A program made the position numbers and the translations under genes. The notes beneath the pieces were generated by a model. The model did no database searches. It had not been told where the DNA came from and saw only the letters and a list, made by a program, of their open reading frames with translations. From a virus (lineage: Duplodnaviria; Caudoviricetes): a DNA stretch of 31,879 nucleotides. Positions 4,954 through 15,547 of this stretch are shown piece by piece (position 1 is the stretch's first letter; each line of letters starts with the position of its first letter). The stretch covers positions 1-31,879 of IMG/VR virus record IMGVR_UViG_3300012964_000040. The stretch is one strand, 5' to 3'.

Positions 4954-5492
4954 TGGCGCGCAAACAAGTGTCTAGGCAGGTCGATGAAAACGGCCTCACG
5001 ATTAAACAAGAGGCATTTTGTCGCGCATTTGTCGAGACGGGTAACGCGAGCGAAGCCTATCGCCGTAGTTATGACGCTGAAAATATGAAGTTTTCCACTA
5101 TCAACAGCAAGGCTTGCTTATTGCTAGGGGGCGACAAGGTGAGAGCAAGAGTGGACCAATTGCGTGCTATATCGACAGCAAAGGCGGTCAAAAAGCTCGA
5201 GATCAGCAAAGAATGGGTACTGTCCGAGCTGGTAGATAATGTCCGCAAGGCGAAGGCCTCCGAACCTGTGCTGATCAATGGCGAGCCGTCGGGAGAATAT
5301 CAAATAAACCTGGCGGCGGCGAACAGAGCGCTTGAGCTGATCGGCAAAGAGCTGAAAATGTTCGTGGACCGTAAAGAGATCAAGACCGGCCCGTTGGACG
5401 ACCTGGACGACACAGACCTGCAGAAGGTAGACGATGCACTGGCCGAGATTGAGCGAGCTTTCACCGGCAGCGGTAAAGGCATTACGCACTGA
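4953..5492 (+). CDS. terS: Terminase small subunit
   Basis: LTIKQEAFCRAFVETGNASEAYRRSY HTH and 'ANRALELIGK' motifs; directly upstream of TerL. Confidence 0.93.
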   Translation: MARKQVSRQVDENGLTIKQEAFCRAFVETGNASEAYRRSYDAENMKFSTINSKACLLLGGDKVRARVDQLRAISTAKAVKKLEISKEWVLSELVDNVRKAKASEPVLINGEPSGEYQINLAAANRALELIGKELKMFVDRKEIKTGPLDDLDDTDLQKVDDALAEIERAFTGSGKGITH

Positions 5493-6870
5493 GATAGCAC
5501 GTAAGCAATCCGAAAACAAGCTTGTCGGCTATCGGCCATACAAGAAGCAAAGTGAATTCCACCGAGCGGGCGCGAAATACCGGGAGCGATTATTCTCAGC
5601 CGGAAACCAGTTAGGCAAAACATGGGCTGGCGGATTTGAGACCGCCATGCACCTAACGGGGCGATACCCAGATTGGTGGGAAGGCAAAATATTCAATTCG
5701 CCAATCGTCGCATGGGCGGCCGGCGTGACCAGCGAAGCGACTCGCGACAACCCTCAGCGTATTCTGATGGGGCGAATAAACGCGATTGGTTGCGGCGCGA
5801 TACCCAAGAAGGCTATTAAGGAGTATTCCTCAAAGCGCGGCGTGGCTGATGCTATCGACACCGTGGTTGTGCTCCATGGCGGTGGAGCTGATGTGCAGGC
5901 CGGGGAAAGTTTGATCGCATTTAAGTCCTACGACCAGGGCCGGATGAAGTTCCAGGGCGAAACGTTGCATTTGGCCTGGCTCGACGAAGAGCCGCCGCTG
6001 GATATTTACAGCGAAACCCTCACCCGCACGAATACCACCAGCGGCATCGTGATGATCACGTTCACGCCGTTGTTGGGTATGTCGGATGTAGTGGTTAGGT
6101 TCCTAACTGAAAGGCCAGCTGGAACTCACGTCACAACGATGACAATAGACGACGCTGAACATTACACCGACGAACAGCGTAAGGCCATTATCGCCAGCTA
6201 TCCGGCGCACGAGCGAGAAGCGCGGGCAAACGGTACGCCGATGTTGGGTAGCGGAAGGATTTTCCCGATGGAAGAAAATTCGATCAAAATCGACCCGTTC
6301 AAGATACCGGCGCATTGGCCTCGAATCAATGGGATTGATTTTGGTTGGGACCATCCTGCGGCGGCAGCTTGTTGCGCCTGGGATCGTGATAGCGATTGTT
6401 GGTATGTGACGAATATTTACCGGCAGAACGAAGCCACTCCGGTGGTTCAGGCAGCCGCCATTCGTGCATGGGGGCCGTGGATTCCAGTAGCATGGCCCCA
6501 TGACGGCCTACAGCACGACAAGGGGAGCGGGGAGCAGTTGGCGCAGCAGTATAAGCGCGCTGGGCTGAAAATGCTCTCAGAGCGCGCTACGTTCGATGAC
6601 GGGACAAATGGCGTTGAGGCCGGGGTCATGGATATGCTGGAGCGCATGCAGACTGGGCGATTTAAGGTGTTCTCGACCTGCGCGGAATGGTTTGAAGAGT
6701 GCAGGATGTATCACCGCAAAGACGGCAAAATTGTGAAAGAGCGCGACGATTTATTGAGCGCAACACGATATGCGCTGATGATGAAGCGGAAGGCAATCGT
6801 AAAACCAATGCAAGAAACTGAAATGCGGCAGCGTGCGTTTCAACCATTTGACGCGACAATAGGGTATTAA
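5434..6870 (+). CDS. terL: Terminase large subunit, P22 gp2-like
   Basis: Walker A 'AGNQLGKT', Walker B 'AWLDEEP', motif III 'TFTP', nuclease 'GIDFGWDHP' and 'DDLLSATRY'. Confidence 0.96.
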   Translation: MHWPRLSELSPAAVKALRTEIARKQSENKLVGYRPYKKQSEFHRAGAKYRERLFSAGNQLGKTWAGGFETAMHLTGRYPDWWEGKIFNSPIVAWAAGVTSEATRDNPQRILMGRINAIGCGAIPKKAIKEYSSKRGVADAIDTVVVLHGGGADVQAGESLIAFKSYDQGRMKFQGETLHLAWLDEEPPLDIYSETLTRTNTTSGIVMITFTPLLGMSDVVVRFLTERPAGTHVTTMTIDDAEHYTDEQRKAIIASYPAHEREARANGTPMLGSGRIFPMEENSIKIDPFKIPAHWPRINGIDFGWDHPAAAACCAWDRDSDCWYVTNIYRQNEATPVVQAAAIRAWGPWIPVAWPHDGLQHDKGSGEQLAQQYKRAGLKMLSERATFDDGTNGVEAGVMDMLERMQTGRFKVFSTCAEWFEECRMYHRKDGKIVKERDDLLSATRYALMMKRKAIVKPMQETEMRQRAFQPFDATIGY

Positions 6871-6871
6871 G

Positions 6872-7471
6872 ATGGCAAATATTATAGATTTCAACGCTGT
6901 GAGCGTTGCCGCTAACACGACTGGATTTGCGAGCAACGTAACGGCGGCGTCATGGACGTTGGCTGCAAACAATAGCGGCGATTCACTGGCACATTTGGTG
7001 ACGGTGCATAACGACTCGATAACTGACCATAGCGCGAAAACTATCGCCCTGGTTGGTACTGGCCCTAACGGTCAGCCGCAAACCGAGACGATTGCCGCTC
7101 CTGGCATCTCGGCTACCGTAACATCCACTAAATATTTTCTGACCCTCACGTCTGCAACGCCGTCCGCAACGATTGGCGCCGACACGTTCGATATCGGATG
7201 GTCTGCGAGTAGCGTGACGGCGTGGAAGTATCCAAAAGATTTCAAAGACCATGTGTCTATCGGGATTGGCTGCATCGTTACTAGTGGCACTCCGACGTTT
7301 ACGGTTCAGCACATGTATGGAGACCCATCGGCTACCGCGTTCAGTCATTCGGTCATCGCGGCGAAATCGGCTAATACCGACGGAGTATATTCGGACCCTA
7401 TCCGAGGCATTAGGCTGGCGTTCACAGCGGCTGGTGGCGTACACATGATCGCGATACAGTCGGGCGTATGA
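6872..7471 (+). CDS. Hypothetical beta-rich protein, possibly virion-associated
   Basis: 199 aa, Ala/Thr/Ser-rich, tightly coupled between terL and portal. Confidence 0.7.
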   Translation: MANIIDFNAVSVAANTTGFASNVTAASWTLAANNSGDSLAHLVTVHNDSITDHSAKTIALVGTGPNGQPQTETIAAPGISATVTSTKYFLTLTSATPSATIGADTFDIGWSASSVTAWKYPKDFKDHVSIGIGCIVTSGTPTFTVQHMYGDPSATAFSHSVIAAKSANTDGVYSDPIRGIRLAFTAAGGVHMIAIQSGV

Positions 7472-9570
7472 CGGAAATTGAAAGTACGGCAGAAGATAGC
7501 CAAGAAGTCCCTGATGACGAGATGATCGAGATGTTGCCCGAGGATATTCGGGCGAAAATCCAGGCGATCAAAGAGCAGCGGGAAGAGCAATTGGCGACGC
7601 TAACCGTCAGTCTGGTGAAGAAGCGCAAAAAAGCCGTAGAGTGGCGTGAAAATACTGGAATAGAGCAAGAGTGGATGGACGTCGAAGATGCCTACGAAGG
7701 CATCGACGACGCGAATAGGGCAACCGAAAACACCGCGTCTATACGCATGGCCAAGCCGAGATCGCCAAATGGCGGGGCTATGATTACATCCAGGATGGTT
7801 AGCGCCACTAGATCAACCGTGTTTCTAAACATTACCCGGCCATATGTCGATGCAGCGGCGGCGCGAATATCCGACATGTTGCTGCCGACAGACGACCGGA
7901 ACTATGCGATACGTCCGACGCCTATCCCTGAGTTATCGCCGCAAGATATGCAGCAATTCACCCCCGAGGTGATGCAAGCGAATGGCGTTTCCACCAAAGA
8001 GCAGTTGATGGAGTTGATTAAGGCCGAGGCTGAAAAGCGGGCCAAGTTGGCGCAAACGAAAATCGACGACTGGCTTGTCGAATGCCAATACCACGGTGAA
8101 GTTAGGAAAGTGGTGGAAGATTGCGTCCGGCTTGGTACCGGGATATTAAAAGGTCCCGTACCTGTGTCACGCAAACAAATGAAAGCCGATGTCGTGGATA
8201 ATCAGATCACGTTGATATTGTCTACGGCAATATCGCCGGAATCTGTTTGTGTCAGCCCATGGGACATTTATCCCGACCCGGCATGTGGCGAAAAGGTCAA
8301 AAATGGCTCATTTTTATATGAGCGATCCCTTTTAAGCGCGCGGCAGTTGCGTGAATTGCGTGACCAGCCCGGGTATCGCGCAGACGAGATCGACAAGGCA
8401 TTGAAAGAAGGGCCTGCCAAGATCAACGTTACCAGCGACGGGCGCAGAACTGGCGAAGATGATCGGTATGAGGTCTGGTATTACTACGGGCAGATATCAG
8501 AGGACGATCTCGCCCTGGCTAATCAGACATACGAAAAAGGCGATAGCGCAAAACGGCACGTTGATGTCGTTTGCACGATGGTCAATGACAGGCTGATCAA
8601 AGCCGCGCCTAGTCATTTGGATAGCGGCGAATTCCCGTTCGATGTCGTTCCATGGCAGCGCCGCACTGGGATGCCGTTTGGTATCGGCGTAGGGAAGCAG
8701 ATAAACATCCCTCAACGCATGTTAAATGCCGCCACTCGAAATATGAACGATAATGCGCGGGTTTCCGGCGCTCCTCAAATTGTGCTGAAAAAAGGCGTCG
8801 TGACTCCGGCGGACGGCGTAATGGAAATAACGGGCGGTAAGGTATGGTTTGCCGACCCAGACCAAGACATAAATGATGTAAGGGGAGCGTTTACCACCTT
8901 TGACATCCCGTCCAGACAAAATGAGTTAATGGCAATCATTCAGTTCGCGCTAAAAATGGGCGAGGATGTCACTGGCCTGCCGATGCTGATGCAAGGCAGC
9001 CAAGGGAAGGCCCCCGACACCGTGGGCGGGATGCAGATATTAAATCAAAACGGCAACACCGTATTGAAGAGATTTGCTCGCATATTCGACGATAATCTGA
9101 CCGAGCCGCATATCCGCCGTTATTACGAGTGGGTGATGATATTTGGTGACGAGTCAATGAAAGGCGACTTCAAGATTGATGCGCGTGGGTCTACGGCGCT
9201 AATTGATCGGGAGATTCAGCGGCAAGTAATTTTAGGCATGGGGAGTATGGTGGTCAACCCCGCTTTTGGAATTGATCCGTTATTGTGGGCAAAAGAGTTT
9301 TTGAAGCTCAATAAAATTGACCCAAAGAGCATGGAATTAACGCCTGAACGCGAGAAAGTAATCGCAATGCAGGCTCAAGCCGCACAACAACAGGCATTTT
9401 TGATGCAAATGCAGCCGTTGATGCAAAAACTTGCAAGCCAGGAACGCATTAAGGCGGCTGAACTGGATAACAAAAAGCAGATTCAATCGGCCGACCAACA
9501 ACATGACGCACAGAAGTTTGTTGCCGATGTTGCCCTAAAAAAGGAAATGGGCAGCGGGGTTAATCAATGA
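7468..9570 (+). CDS. Portal protein (podovirus type)
   Basis: 700 aa after the terminase; 'LGTGILKGP', 'VSPWDIYPDP', 'GMPFGIGV' and a Gln-rich C-terminal barrel region. Confidence 0.9.
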   Translation: MTEIESTAEDSQEVPDDEMIEMLPEDIRAKIQAIKEQREEQLATLTVSLVKKRKKAVEWRENTGIEQEWMDVEDAYEGIDDANRATENTASIRMAKPRSPNGGAMITSRMVSATRSTVFLNITRPYVDAAAARISDMLLPTDDRNYAIRPTPIPELSPQDMQQFTPEVMQANGVSTKEQLMELIKAEAEKRAKLAQTKIDDWLVECQYHGEVRKVVEDCVRLGTGILKGPVPVSRKQMKADVVDNQITLILSTAISPESVCVSPWDIYPDPACGEKVKNGSFLYERSLLSARQLRELRDQPGYRADEIDKALKEGPAKINVTSDGRRTGEDDRYEVWYYYGQISEDDLALANQTYEKGDSAKRHVDVVCTMVNDRLIKAAPSHLDSGEFPFDVVPWQRRTGMPFGIGVGKQINIPQRMLNAATRNMNDNARVSGAPQIVLKKGVVTPADGVMEITGGKVWFADPDQDINDVRGAFTTFDIPSRQNELMAIIQFALKMGEDVTGLPMLMQGSQGKAPDTVGGMQILNQNGNTVLKRFARIFDDNLTEPHIRRYYEWVMIFGDESMKGDFKIDARGSTALIDREIQRQVILGMGSMVVNPAFGIDPLLWAKEFLKLNKIDPKSMELTPEREKVIAMQAQAAQQQAFLMQMQPLMQKLASQERIKAAELDNKKQIQSADQQHDAQKFVADVALKKEMGSGVNQ

Positions 9571-9776
9571 AGCTGACAGCCGAGGAAAGAAATTCCTCAA
9601 CCTGGCTAAAGGTGAAAGAATATTGTGAAGAAAGATTGTCGAGCCTACGGACTCGACTAGAAACGGATTTGGACGAAGTAAAGACCGCCAAAGCAAGAGG
9701 CGGTATTGCTGAACTAAAGGTTTTGTTGGCGGCTGATAAAGACCAGCCCCCGACGATAGGTAGCGACTCGCTTTAG
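9567..9776 (+). CDS. Small hypothetical protein
   Basis: 69 aa, helical, ATGA-coupled to the portal; a common position in podoviruses. Confidence 0.8.
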   Translation: MKLTAEERNSSTWLKVKEYCEERLSSLRTRLETDLDEVKTAKARGGIAELKVLLAADKDQPPTIGSDSL

Positions 9777-9798
9777 GGCTGGTTGCTGAATAAAGAGT

Positions 9799-9821
9799 AG
9801 CCCGCTTTAAGCGGGTTTTTT
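9799..9821 (+). terminator. Terminator-like hairpin before the scaffold gene
   Basis: AGCCCGCT-TTA-AGCGGGTTTTTT. Confidence 0.6.
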
Positions 9822-10715
9822 ATGGGTAAAACAATGAGCGAGAATCAACAGGAAGTACCGGAACCTACCGAAGCTGAAATGCAAGCTCAGTTTGAACTAG
9901 GATTCGCGGGCGGAGACAATCCCCCTGCCACTCCGAAAACGGACGAAGTAATCGTTCAGCCGGTGGTAAAGGAAGAGGCCAAGAAAGAAGATGTAATCAG
10001 CAACGAGGAATCCGAACCGGCGCCTGTATTGATGGGCGGATTGGACGAAACAGCGCTGAAGAACCTTCTTGCCAAGGCAGCGAAAGTTGATTCAATTGAA
10101 AGCGAACAGATCGCCACGCGCGATAGGTTGTACGGGAAAATCGGCGAATTAAATCGAGCAATACAGGAATTGAAACAACAGCAACAGACGCCCGCCAAGC
10201 CGGCCGGTGTAAAACTGTCGGCTAATCAATTCAAACGATTGTCGCAAGATTATCCAGACCTAGCCGAGGCGATTGCTGAGGATTTTGCAGAGTTGAATGT
10301 ATCGAGTGGCGAGAAAGACCAGCCAGTTGATATTGAGGCATTAATAACGCCTCGATTAGAAGCTATCCAACAGCAAATCAAAGCGGAATCAGAGCAGCAG
10401 ATGGAATTGCGCCTCATGTCATACATGCGTCCATCGTGGCGTGATGACGTTCAATCGCAAGATTTTACCCTGTTCAAGTCGCAGCTATCCCCTGATGTAT
10501 CGAAGAAATTCGATGAATCGTGGGACGCTACTTACATCAATGACATTTTATCGCAATATGATGCGTGGAAAGATAAAGCCAATACTCCTAGGCAGGATAA
10601 ATCAAAGCGCCTTGAGCAAGCTATTCAACCGCGGTCTACAGTCGCCGATCATACGCCATCCGATATAGACCAGTTTGAAGCTGGTTTTAAATCGGTAAAT
10701 GGGCGAAAACTCTGA
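9822..10715 (+). CDS. Capsid scaffolding protein (putative)
   Basis: Acidic, coiled-coil protein between portal and major capsid protein; alternative start at 9834. Confidence 0.75.
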   Translation: MGKTMSENQQEVPEPTEAEMQAQFELGFAGGDNPPATPKTDEVIVQPVVKEEAKKEDVISNEESEPAPVLMGGLDETALKNLLAKAAKVDSIESEQIATRDRLYGKIGELNRAIQELKQQQQTPAKPAGVKLSANQFKRLSQDYPDLAEAIAEDFAELNVSSGEKDQPVDIEALITPRLEAIQQQIKAESEQQMELRLMSYMRPSWRDDVQSQDFTLFKSQLSPDVSKKFDESWDATYINDILSQYDAWKDKANTPRQDKSKRLEQAIQPRSTVADHTPSDIDQFEAGFKSVNGRKL

Positions 10716-10726
10716 GGTAATTAACC

Positions 10727-11782
10727 ATGGCTATCCAAACCTATACCCTAAATGCAGGTCGTATTAACAAGTTCAAGGGCGAAATTCTCGCTCATGCGCA
10801 ACACGTCGAAGTTCTCGGCATTACTGGCCAGAACAGGAAGATGCCGAAAATGAACGGCGATACCGTCGTATATCGCCGGTGGTTGCCGTACGGCGCAACG
10901 TCCAGCACTGCGGCTACTCAAAACCGCCCTGCGGCTACTGCGGCGTCGCATATCCTGGACGAAGGTTCCACCCCCACTGCCGACTCCCTGACGCCGGTGG
11001 ATGTCAGCGTAACATTGCAGCAATATGGCTGTTTGTATGGTGTAACCGATAAGACGGTCGATCAATATGAGGACGACATTCCTCAGGAGATGAAGCGTCA
11101 AGTCGGTGAACGTATGGGCCTGGTCCGCGAGATGATTCGCTACGGCGCCATGAAGGCATGCACCAACGTGTTCTACGCGGGTGGCACGACACGAGCCACG
11201 GTAGCGGCGAAAATCACGATCCCGTTTATCCGCAAGATCACTCGTAATCTGTTGTCTAACCATGCCAAGATGATTACGCAAATCTTGTCCCCGAGCGCGA
11301 ACTTCAATACCGCACCGATTGAAGCGTCGTATTTGGTTTTCTGCCATACCGATTGCGAAAACGATATTCGTGAATTGCCGGGCTTTGTGAGCGTTGCAGA
11401 ATATGGTCAACGTAAGCCGGTTCATGAAATGGAATTGGGTTCGGCGGACCGTTTCCGTTTCATCGTGTCGCCTGAATTGGCGGCGTATGCTGATGCGGCT
11501 ACTTCTGGCGATGCTGTCGGTTCGGGGTTCCTGTCGACTACCGGCACTTATGCCGACGTGTATCCGATTATCGTTGTAGCGGAAGATGCGTGGGGCGATG
11601 TAGCGTTGCGTGGCGTGGATTCTGTCGACCCGACTTGGATTCCGCCTGGCGAGAAAGACAAAAACGATCCGCTGGGTCAGCGTGGTTATGTCGGCGCTAA
11701 ATTCTATTCCGCTGCGAAGGTTCTAAATGACGGCTGGATGGCAATTGGCGAAGTCGCTGTTGACTCGTTGGCTGGCGCCTAA
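10727..11782 (+). CDS. Major capsid protein, N4-gp56 family
   Basis: 'MPKMNGDTVVYRRW', 'LDEGSTP', 'TLQQYG' and 'DKNDPLGQRGYVGAKF' motifs; GAGG RBS. Confidence 0.92.
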   Translation: MAIQTYTLNAGRINKFKGEILAHAQHVEVLGITGQNRKMPKMNGDTVVYRRWLPYGATSSTAATQNRPAATAASHILDEGSTPTADSLTPVDVSVTLQQYGCLYGVTDKTVDQYEDDIPQEMKRQVGERMGLVREMIRYGAMKACTNVFYAGGTTRATVAAKITIPFIRKITRNLLSNHAKMITQILSPSANFNTAPIEASYLVFCHTDCENDIRELPGFVSVAEYGQRKPVHEMELGSADRFRFIVSPELAAYADAATSGDAVGSGFLSTTGTYADVYPIIVVAEDAWGDVALRGVDSVDPTWIPPGEKDKNDPLGQRGYVGAKFYSAAKVLNDGWMAIGEVAVDSLAGA

Positions 11783-11788
11783 TATGTG

Positions 11789-11818
11789 AGTGGGGGGTAA
11801 GTCCCCCACTTACTTTTC
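11789..11818 (+). terminator. Hairpin after the capsid gene (weak terminator or stabiliser)
   Basis: AGTGGGGG-GTAAGT-CCCCCACT followed by TACTTTTC. Confidence 0.5.
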
Positions 11819-11837
11819 AATTTTAAGGAGAAGCACG

Positions 11838-12308
11838 ATGCAAGCACATTATCCTAGCACGGGCGGCACTGCCTGTTTTTCTAAGGCTGGTCTGGCCGAA
11901 GGGACTACCTCTGCAACGATCAAAACCGCCGCCCCTAACGGCGCGGGTACTGATTACGCCATTCTTGGCCTGGGCTATCATAAAGTCGATACAGACAACA
12001 TCGCAGTTACTGCGCATACGGTACAAGCGACGGAAACTACATGTCTGTATTTGGTCCAGATTAATTCCAGCGGGACCGTATCGACCAAGAAGGGCGACGA
12101 AGTCTCTACCACGGAATTGACGGAAGGCAGGGCGGTATTGAAGTGGCCAAAGCCGGATGATTCCAAATGTCCGATTGGCGGGTATAAGGTTGCAGTTGCG
12201 ACTAGCTATACCTACACCAACGGTACGACTGATCATAGCGCTACCGGAATGACGGTGACGTATTATGATTTTGTCGGTGGAATGCCGCAATCGCCGCTAA
12301 CTGCATAA
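11838..12308 (+). CDS. Putative capsid decoration/cement protein
   Basis: AAGGAG RBS gives a start at 11838; beta-rich 156 aa immediately after the capsid gene. Confidence 0.65.
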   Translation: MQAHYPSTGGTACFSKAGLAEGTTSATIKTAAPNGAGTDYAILGLGYHKVDTDNIAVTAHTVQATETTCLYLVQINSSGTVSTKKGDEVSTTELTEGRAVLKWPKPDDSKCPIGGYKVAVATSYTYTNGTTDHSATGMTVTYYDFVGGMPQSPLTA

Positions 12309-12320
12309 AGGGGATATTTT

Positions 12321-12824
12321 ATGGCTAATCTATTTCGGCTAAAGTCGTTGGCGGCAAGCCAAAATGAAATTGATCGCGTAAGCGATGCAAGTACGCGCAT
12401 CGTAAACGTGACAACCTCGACTCTTATTGTCACGCAACGTAAGCACGATATGAAGGTTATAACGCTGAATCGTGCAGCTGGCATCGCAGTAACCCTACCT
12501 GTTGCGACTGGTAGCGGCACTGTGCTGAAGTTCTATGTTGGTACGACTGTTACGTCAAACTCAACCACGATCAAAGTTGCTGATGCAACTGACATCATGG
12601 TGGGGAATATTATCGCCAATTCAACTGGCGATACTCCTGATTTGGCGCAGCCGTGGCCAACGGCGTCGGATTCTGACACGATCACGTTGAACGGCACTAC
12701 TACTGGCGGTATTGCTGGCGACTTCGTTACGTTGATTGATGTCGCGGCTAATAAGTGGTCTGTGCAAGGTGTTACTAGCTGCTCCGGTACTGAAGCGACT
12801 CCGTTCTCCGCGACTGTGGCGTAA
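12321..12824 (+). CDS. Putative head decoration protein
   Basis: 167 aa, Thr-rich; 'ITLNRAAGIAVTLPVATGSG' and 'DTITLNGTTTGG' resemble post-capsid proteins. Confidence 0.65.
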   Translation: MANLFRLKSLAASQNEIDRVSDASTRIVNVTTSTLIVTQRKHDMKVITLNRAAGIAVTLPVATGSGTVLKFYVGTTVTSNSTTIKVADATDIMVGNIIANSTGDTPDLAQPWPTASDSDTITLNGTTTGGIAGDFVTLIDVAANKWSVQGVTSCSGTEATPFSATVA

Positions 12825-12844
12825 GAATCTGCAATCCAACCAAC

Positions 12845-12871
12845 AAGCCCGGCATAATGTCGGGCTTTTTT
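12845..12871 (+). terminator. Intrinsic terminator
   Basis: AAGCCCGGCAT-A-ATGTCGGGCTTTTTT. Confidence 0.8.
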
Positions 12872-12885
12872 ATTTGAGGTGAAAC

Positions 12886-13356
12886 ATGGCACGTCCGCGT
12901 AAAAATCTTGATGCAACCGAAGTCAATATCGCCCAAGGGACGCCGCGCGTAATGTCGTCATTTGGCGATGCTGATTTGTCTGATTCTGAAATAGAAGTCG
13001 TCGACGGCCCGAATATTAGTGACCGGGTGAAAATGGAAGCATTCATGGCGGAAAATGTTGAGGTCTACGTTCATGACTCCACCGACGAAAACGCAGAGCC
13101 CCTTATCCAAGTCGGCGTTAACGGTAGGAATCAATTCTTTGAGCGTGGCACTCAACAGACCGTAAAGCGCATGTTCGTCGCCGCCTTGGCAAGGGCCAAG
13201 CAAACTACATACAAAGAGCAAGAATACCTCGATGCTCGTGGTAATCGAGCTGTTCGTTATATTCCTCGAACTGCGCTTAAATATCCGTTTTCGATTGTGT
13301 ATGACGCCAATCCTAATGGTATCGCATGGCTAGAGAAAACATTGGCTGAACATTAA
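12886..13356 (+). CDS. Phage hypothetical protein
   Basis: GAGG RBS; 156 aa within the head module. Confidence 0.8.
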   Translation: MARPRKNLDATEVNIAQGTPRVMSSFGDADLSDSEIEVVDGPNISDRVKMEAFMAENVEVYVHDSTDENAEPLIQVGVNGRNQFFERGTQQTVKRMFVAALARAKQTTYKEQEYLDARGNRAVRYIPRTALKYPFSIVYDANPNGIAWLEKTLAEH

Positions 13357-14000
13357 TGTCTACGACGATTCAATCAATTAGGCGGCATGTAGCAATGAAA
13401 ATCAAAGGCTGTCCTAATCCGATTATCGACCAAGAGATTGTTTTCGCAACAAGGGAGTTATGCGAAAAATCCAAGGTATGGAAAACTGAAGAAAGCTCGG
13501 ATGTCGTTATAGCAAACCAGGGAGACGTTGCATTGACTGTAGACGCTACTAATGCGGATATCGTCAGCATTGATTACGCGACGTATGATGGGTTTGAGTT
13601 AACGCCAACGACCATTTATGAAATGTCAGAGTATGTATCGAGGTGGCGAGAGCATACCGGAACGCCAACGCATTACATAACGGATTTGGTCAATACACAA
13701 GTCCGCTTATATCCTATACCTACCACGACGAATGCTACAGGTTTTGTTTATTCTCTGACATTAAAGCCTAGCGAAAGCGCCACAACGATAGAAGATTTTA
13801 TAGTCGAACAATTCCTAGAAACGATAGTAAATGGCGCGTTATCTAGGCTATACATTCTCCCTGCAAACGAATGGACAGACGGTAACATGGCCATGTATTA
13901 CGATAGGAAGTTTAAGCAAGGGATAGATTTGGCGAAATTCAAAGCAATGTCTGGATTTTCGACAACGTTAAATGGCATCAATTCGCAAACACTAGTGTAA
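13356..14000 (+). CDS. Head-tail adaptor-like protein
   Basis: 'GCPNPIIDQEI..ATRELCEKSKVW', 'GTPTHY...VRLYPIP', 'IVNGALSRL': podovirus adaptor pattern. Confidence 0.7.
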   Translation: MSTTIQSIRRHVAMKIKGCPNPIIDQEIVFATRELCEKSKVWKTEESSDVVIANQGDVALTVDATNADIVSIDYATYDGFELTPTTIYEMSEYVSRWREHTGTPTHYITDLVNTQVRLYPIPTTTNATGFVYSLTLKPSESATTIEDFIVEQFLETIVNGALSRLYILPANEWTDGNMAMYYDRKFKQGIDLAKFKAMSGFSTTLNGINSQTLV

Positions 14001-14009
14001 GGTGAAAAT

Positions 14010-14453
14010 ATGGCAAATTTATTTTATCCGCTCGGCAAAAAGCATTTTGCGATTGGCGATGTTGTATGGAAAGCATCGGGCGGAAGCACCGTCAGGGCGT
14101 TTCTTGTGGATTCTACCGCATACACTTATAGCTCTACGCATGAATTTTTAAGCGACATACCTACCAATGCTCGGAAAGGCGCGAGTGGCGGTACGGCGAT
14201 TACTGATGGCGTATTGCTAACGCTGATAGATGCGGCAACTAACGGCGTATTAGACGCCGACGATATCACGATATCCGGTATTTCTGCCGGGTCTGCGTTG
14301 CAGAATGTAGTTATTTTCAAGGACGGCGCGACTGACGCCGCGAGTCCCCTGCTGTTGTTTATTGATACGGCCACGGGACTTCCTGTTACTCCTGACGGCA
14401 ACCCCATTCTAATTCAATGGGACAATGGGGCGAATAAGATAGGGGTCTTGTAA
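14010..14453 (+). CDS. Putative structural protein (fibre base/minor virion protein)
   Basis: 'MANLFYPLGK...GVLDADD...FIDTATGLPVTPDGNPILIQWD'; a pattern I associate with minor virion proteins. Confidence 0.65.
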   Translation: MANLFYPLGKKHFAIGDVVWKASGGSTVRAFLVDSTAYTYSSTHEFLSDIPTNARKGASGGTAITDGVLLTLIDAATNGVLDADDITISGISAGSALQNVVIFKDGATDAASPLLLFIDTATGLPVTPDGNPILIQWDNGANKIGVL

Positions 14454-14455
14454 TC

Positions 14456-15547
14456 ATGGTTGATCTGATTATGCGAAGAGACGGAGTCGGCGGAAGCAGA
14501 AGTTGGGATTCCAGTCAAAATCAAGGTGGCGGCGGGTCTGTAAATATTACAGGCATTGCAGGAACGAGAAGCGACGGCGCCACATGGACATATACCGGCA
14601 CCGGATTTGGGACTAAGGCTAATGGCAAACCCCTATATTGGTCAAACTTCGCATCGTCTGTTCAACCATCCGCACTAGGATTAAACGCAAGCTGGCCTTA
14701 TTTGAGTCCTACGTCGGCATTGTATACGGGGACGGTTAGCGGGAGGACCGGCACATTTCTTAGCGATGATATATCGAAAAGCTCGGGCTCGATGGGCGTT
14801 GAGATTGACAACATACCTTCGACTGATTACATGTTTGTTTCCGTAGATAAATGCTACACGTTCGATATTGCCACTAATTTGGGACCAGCCGGGTTAAATC
14901 TAAAAATCTTTCGCATTTGGCCTGATCAATTCGGGGCTACGATCCCGTGGGGCAACAATATTTACGGAGCGTATCAAGGCCTAGAAGAGCCTAATTCGTT
15001 TCGTTCTACAAATGAATACTGCCAAGCCACTGGATACGGTACGCTTATTAAGAGAAATAATAGCGATGCCCTGTACCAATATAATCAATGGGACAGATAT
15101 CAAGTAGCGTTTAAAGAGTCTGGACTTGATACTCAGGATGGTATTTTCTCCATTTATCGCAATGGCGTTAATTGGATGAAGAATTGGAAAGATGACGCAA
15201 CAGGCACCGTATATGCCGCCGAACGTCAATGGGTGCTATCCACTTCCGCCAGGTACAACAAACATACTAAATTTGTTTTCGATCAGGTTAGCAACGGAAC
15301 TGGAGTCGGCCCATTAGTTCTATATTATGACAGGATTTACGTCGATAATACGTGGGCAAGAGTGATGTTATCGAATTCCTCTACGTTTGCCGCTGCTACT
15401 GATTTAGAAATGCAAATACCTCAGACATGGACATCCACCCAAGTTACAGCGGTTGTTAATTATGGCAATCTAAACCAGGCGGCGCCGATTTATGCATACA
15501 TCGTAGATGCACTAGGCAATGTTAACGCCAATGGAGCGTTAACGTGA
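14456..15547 (+). CDS. Putative carbohydrate-binding (beta-sandwich/lectin-like) virion protein
   Basis: 363 aa, rich in aromatics, Asn and Gly; C-terminal 'YYDRIYVDNTWARVML...QIPQTWTSTQVTAVVNYG'. Confidence 0.55.
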   Translation: MVDLIMRRDGVGGSRSWDSSQNQGGGGSVNITGIAGTRSDGATWTYTGTGFGTKANGKPLYWSNFASSVQPSALGLNASWPYLSPTSALYTGTVSGRTGTFLSDDISKSSGSMGVEIDNIPSTDYMFVSVDKCYTFDIATNLGPAGLNLKIFRIWPDQFGATIPWGNNIYGAYQGLEEPNSFRSTNEYCQATGYGTLIKRNNSDALYQYNQWDRYQVAFKESGLDTQDGIFSIYRNGVNWMKNWKDDATGTVYAAERQWVLSTSARYNKHTKFVFDQVSNGTGVGPLVLYYDRIYVDNTWARVMLSNSSTFAAATDLEMQIPQTWTSTQVTAVVNYGNLNQAAPIYAYIVDALGNVNANGALT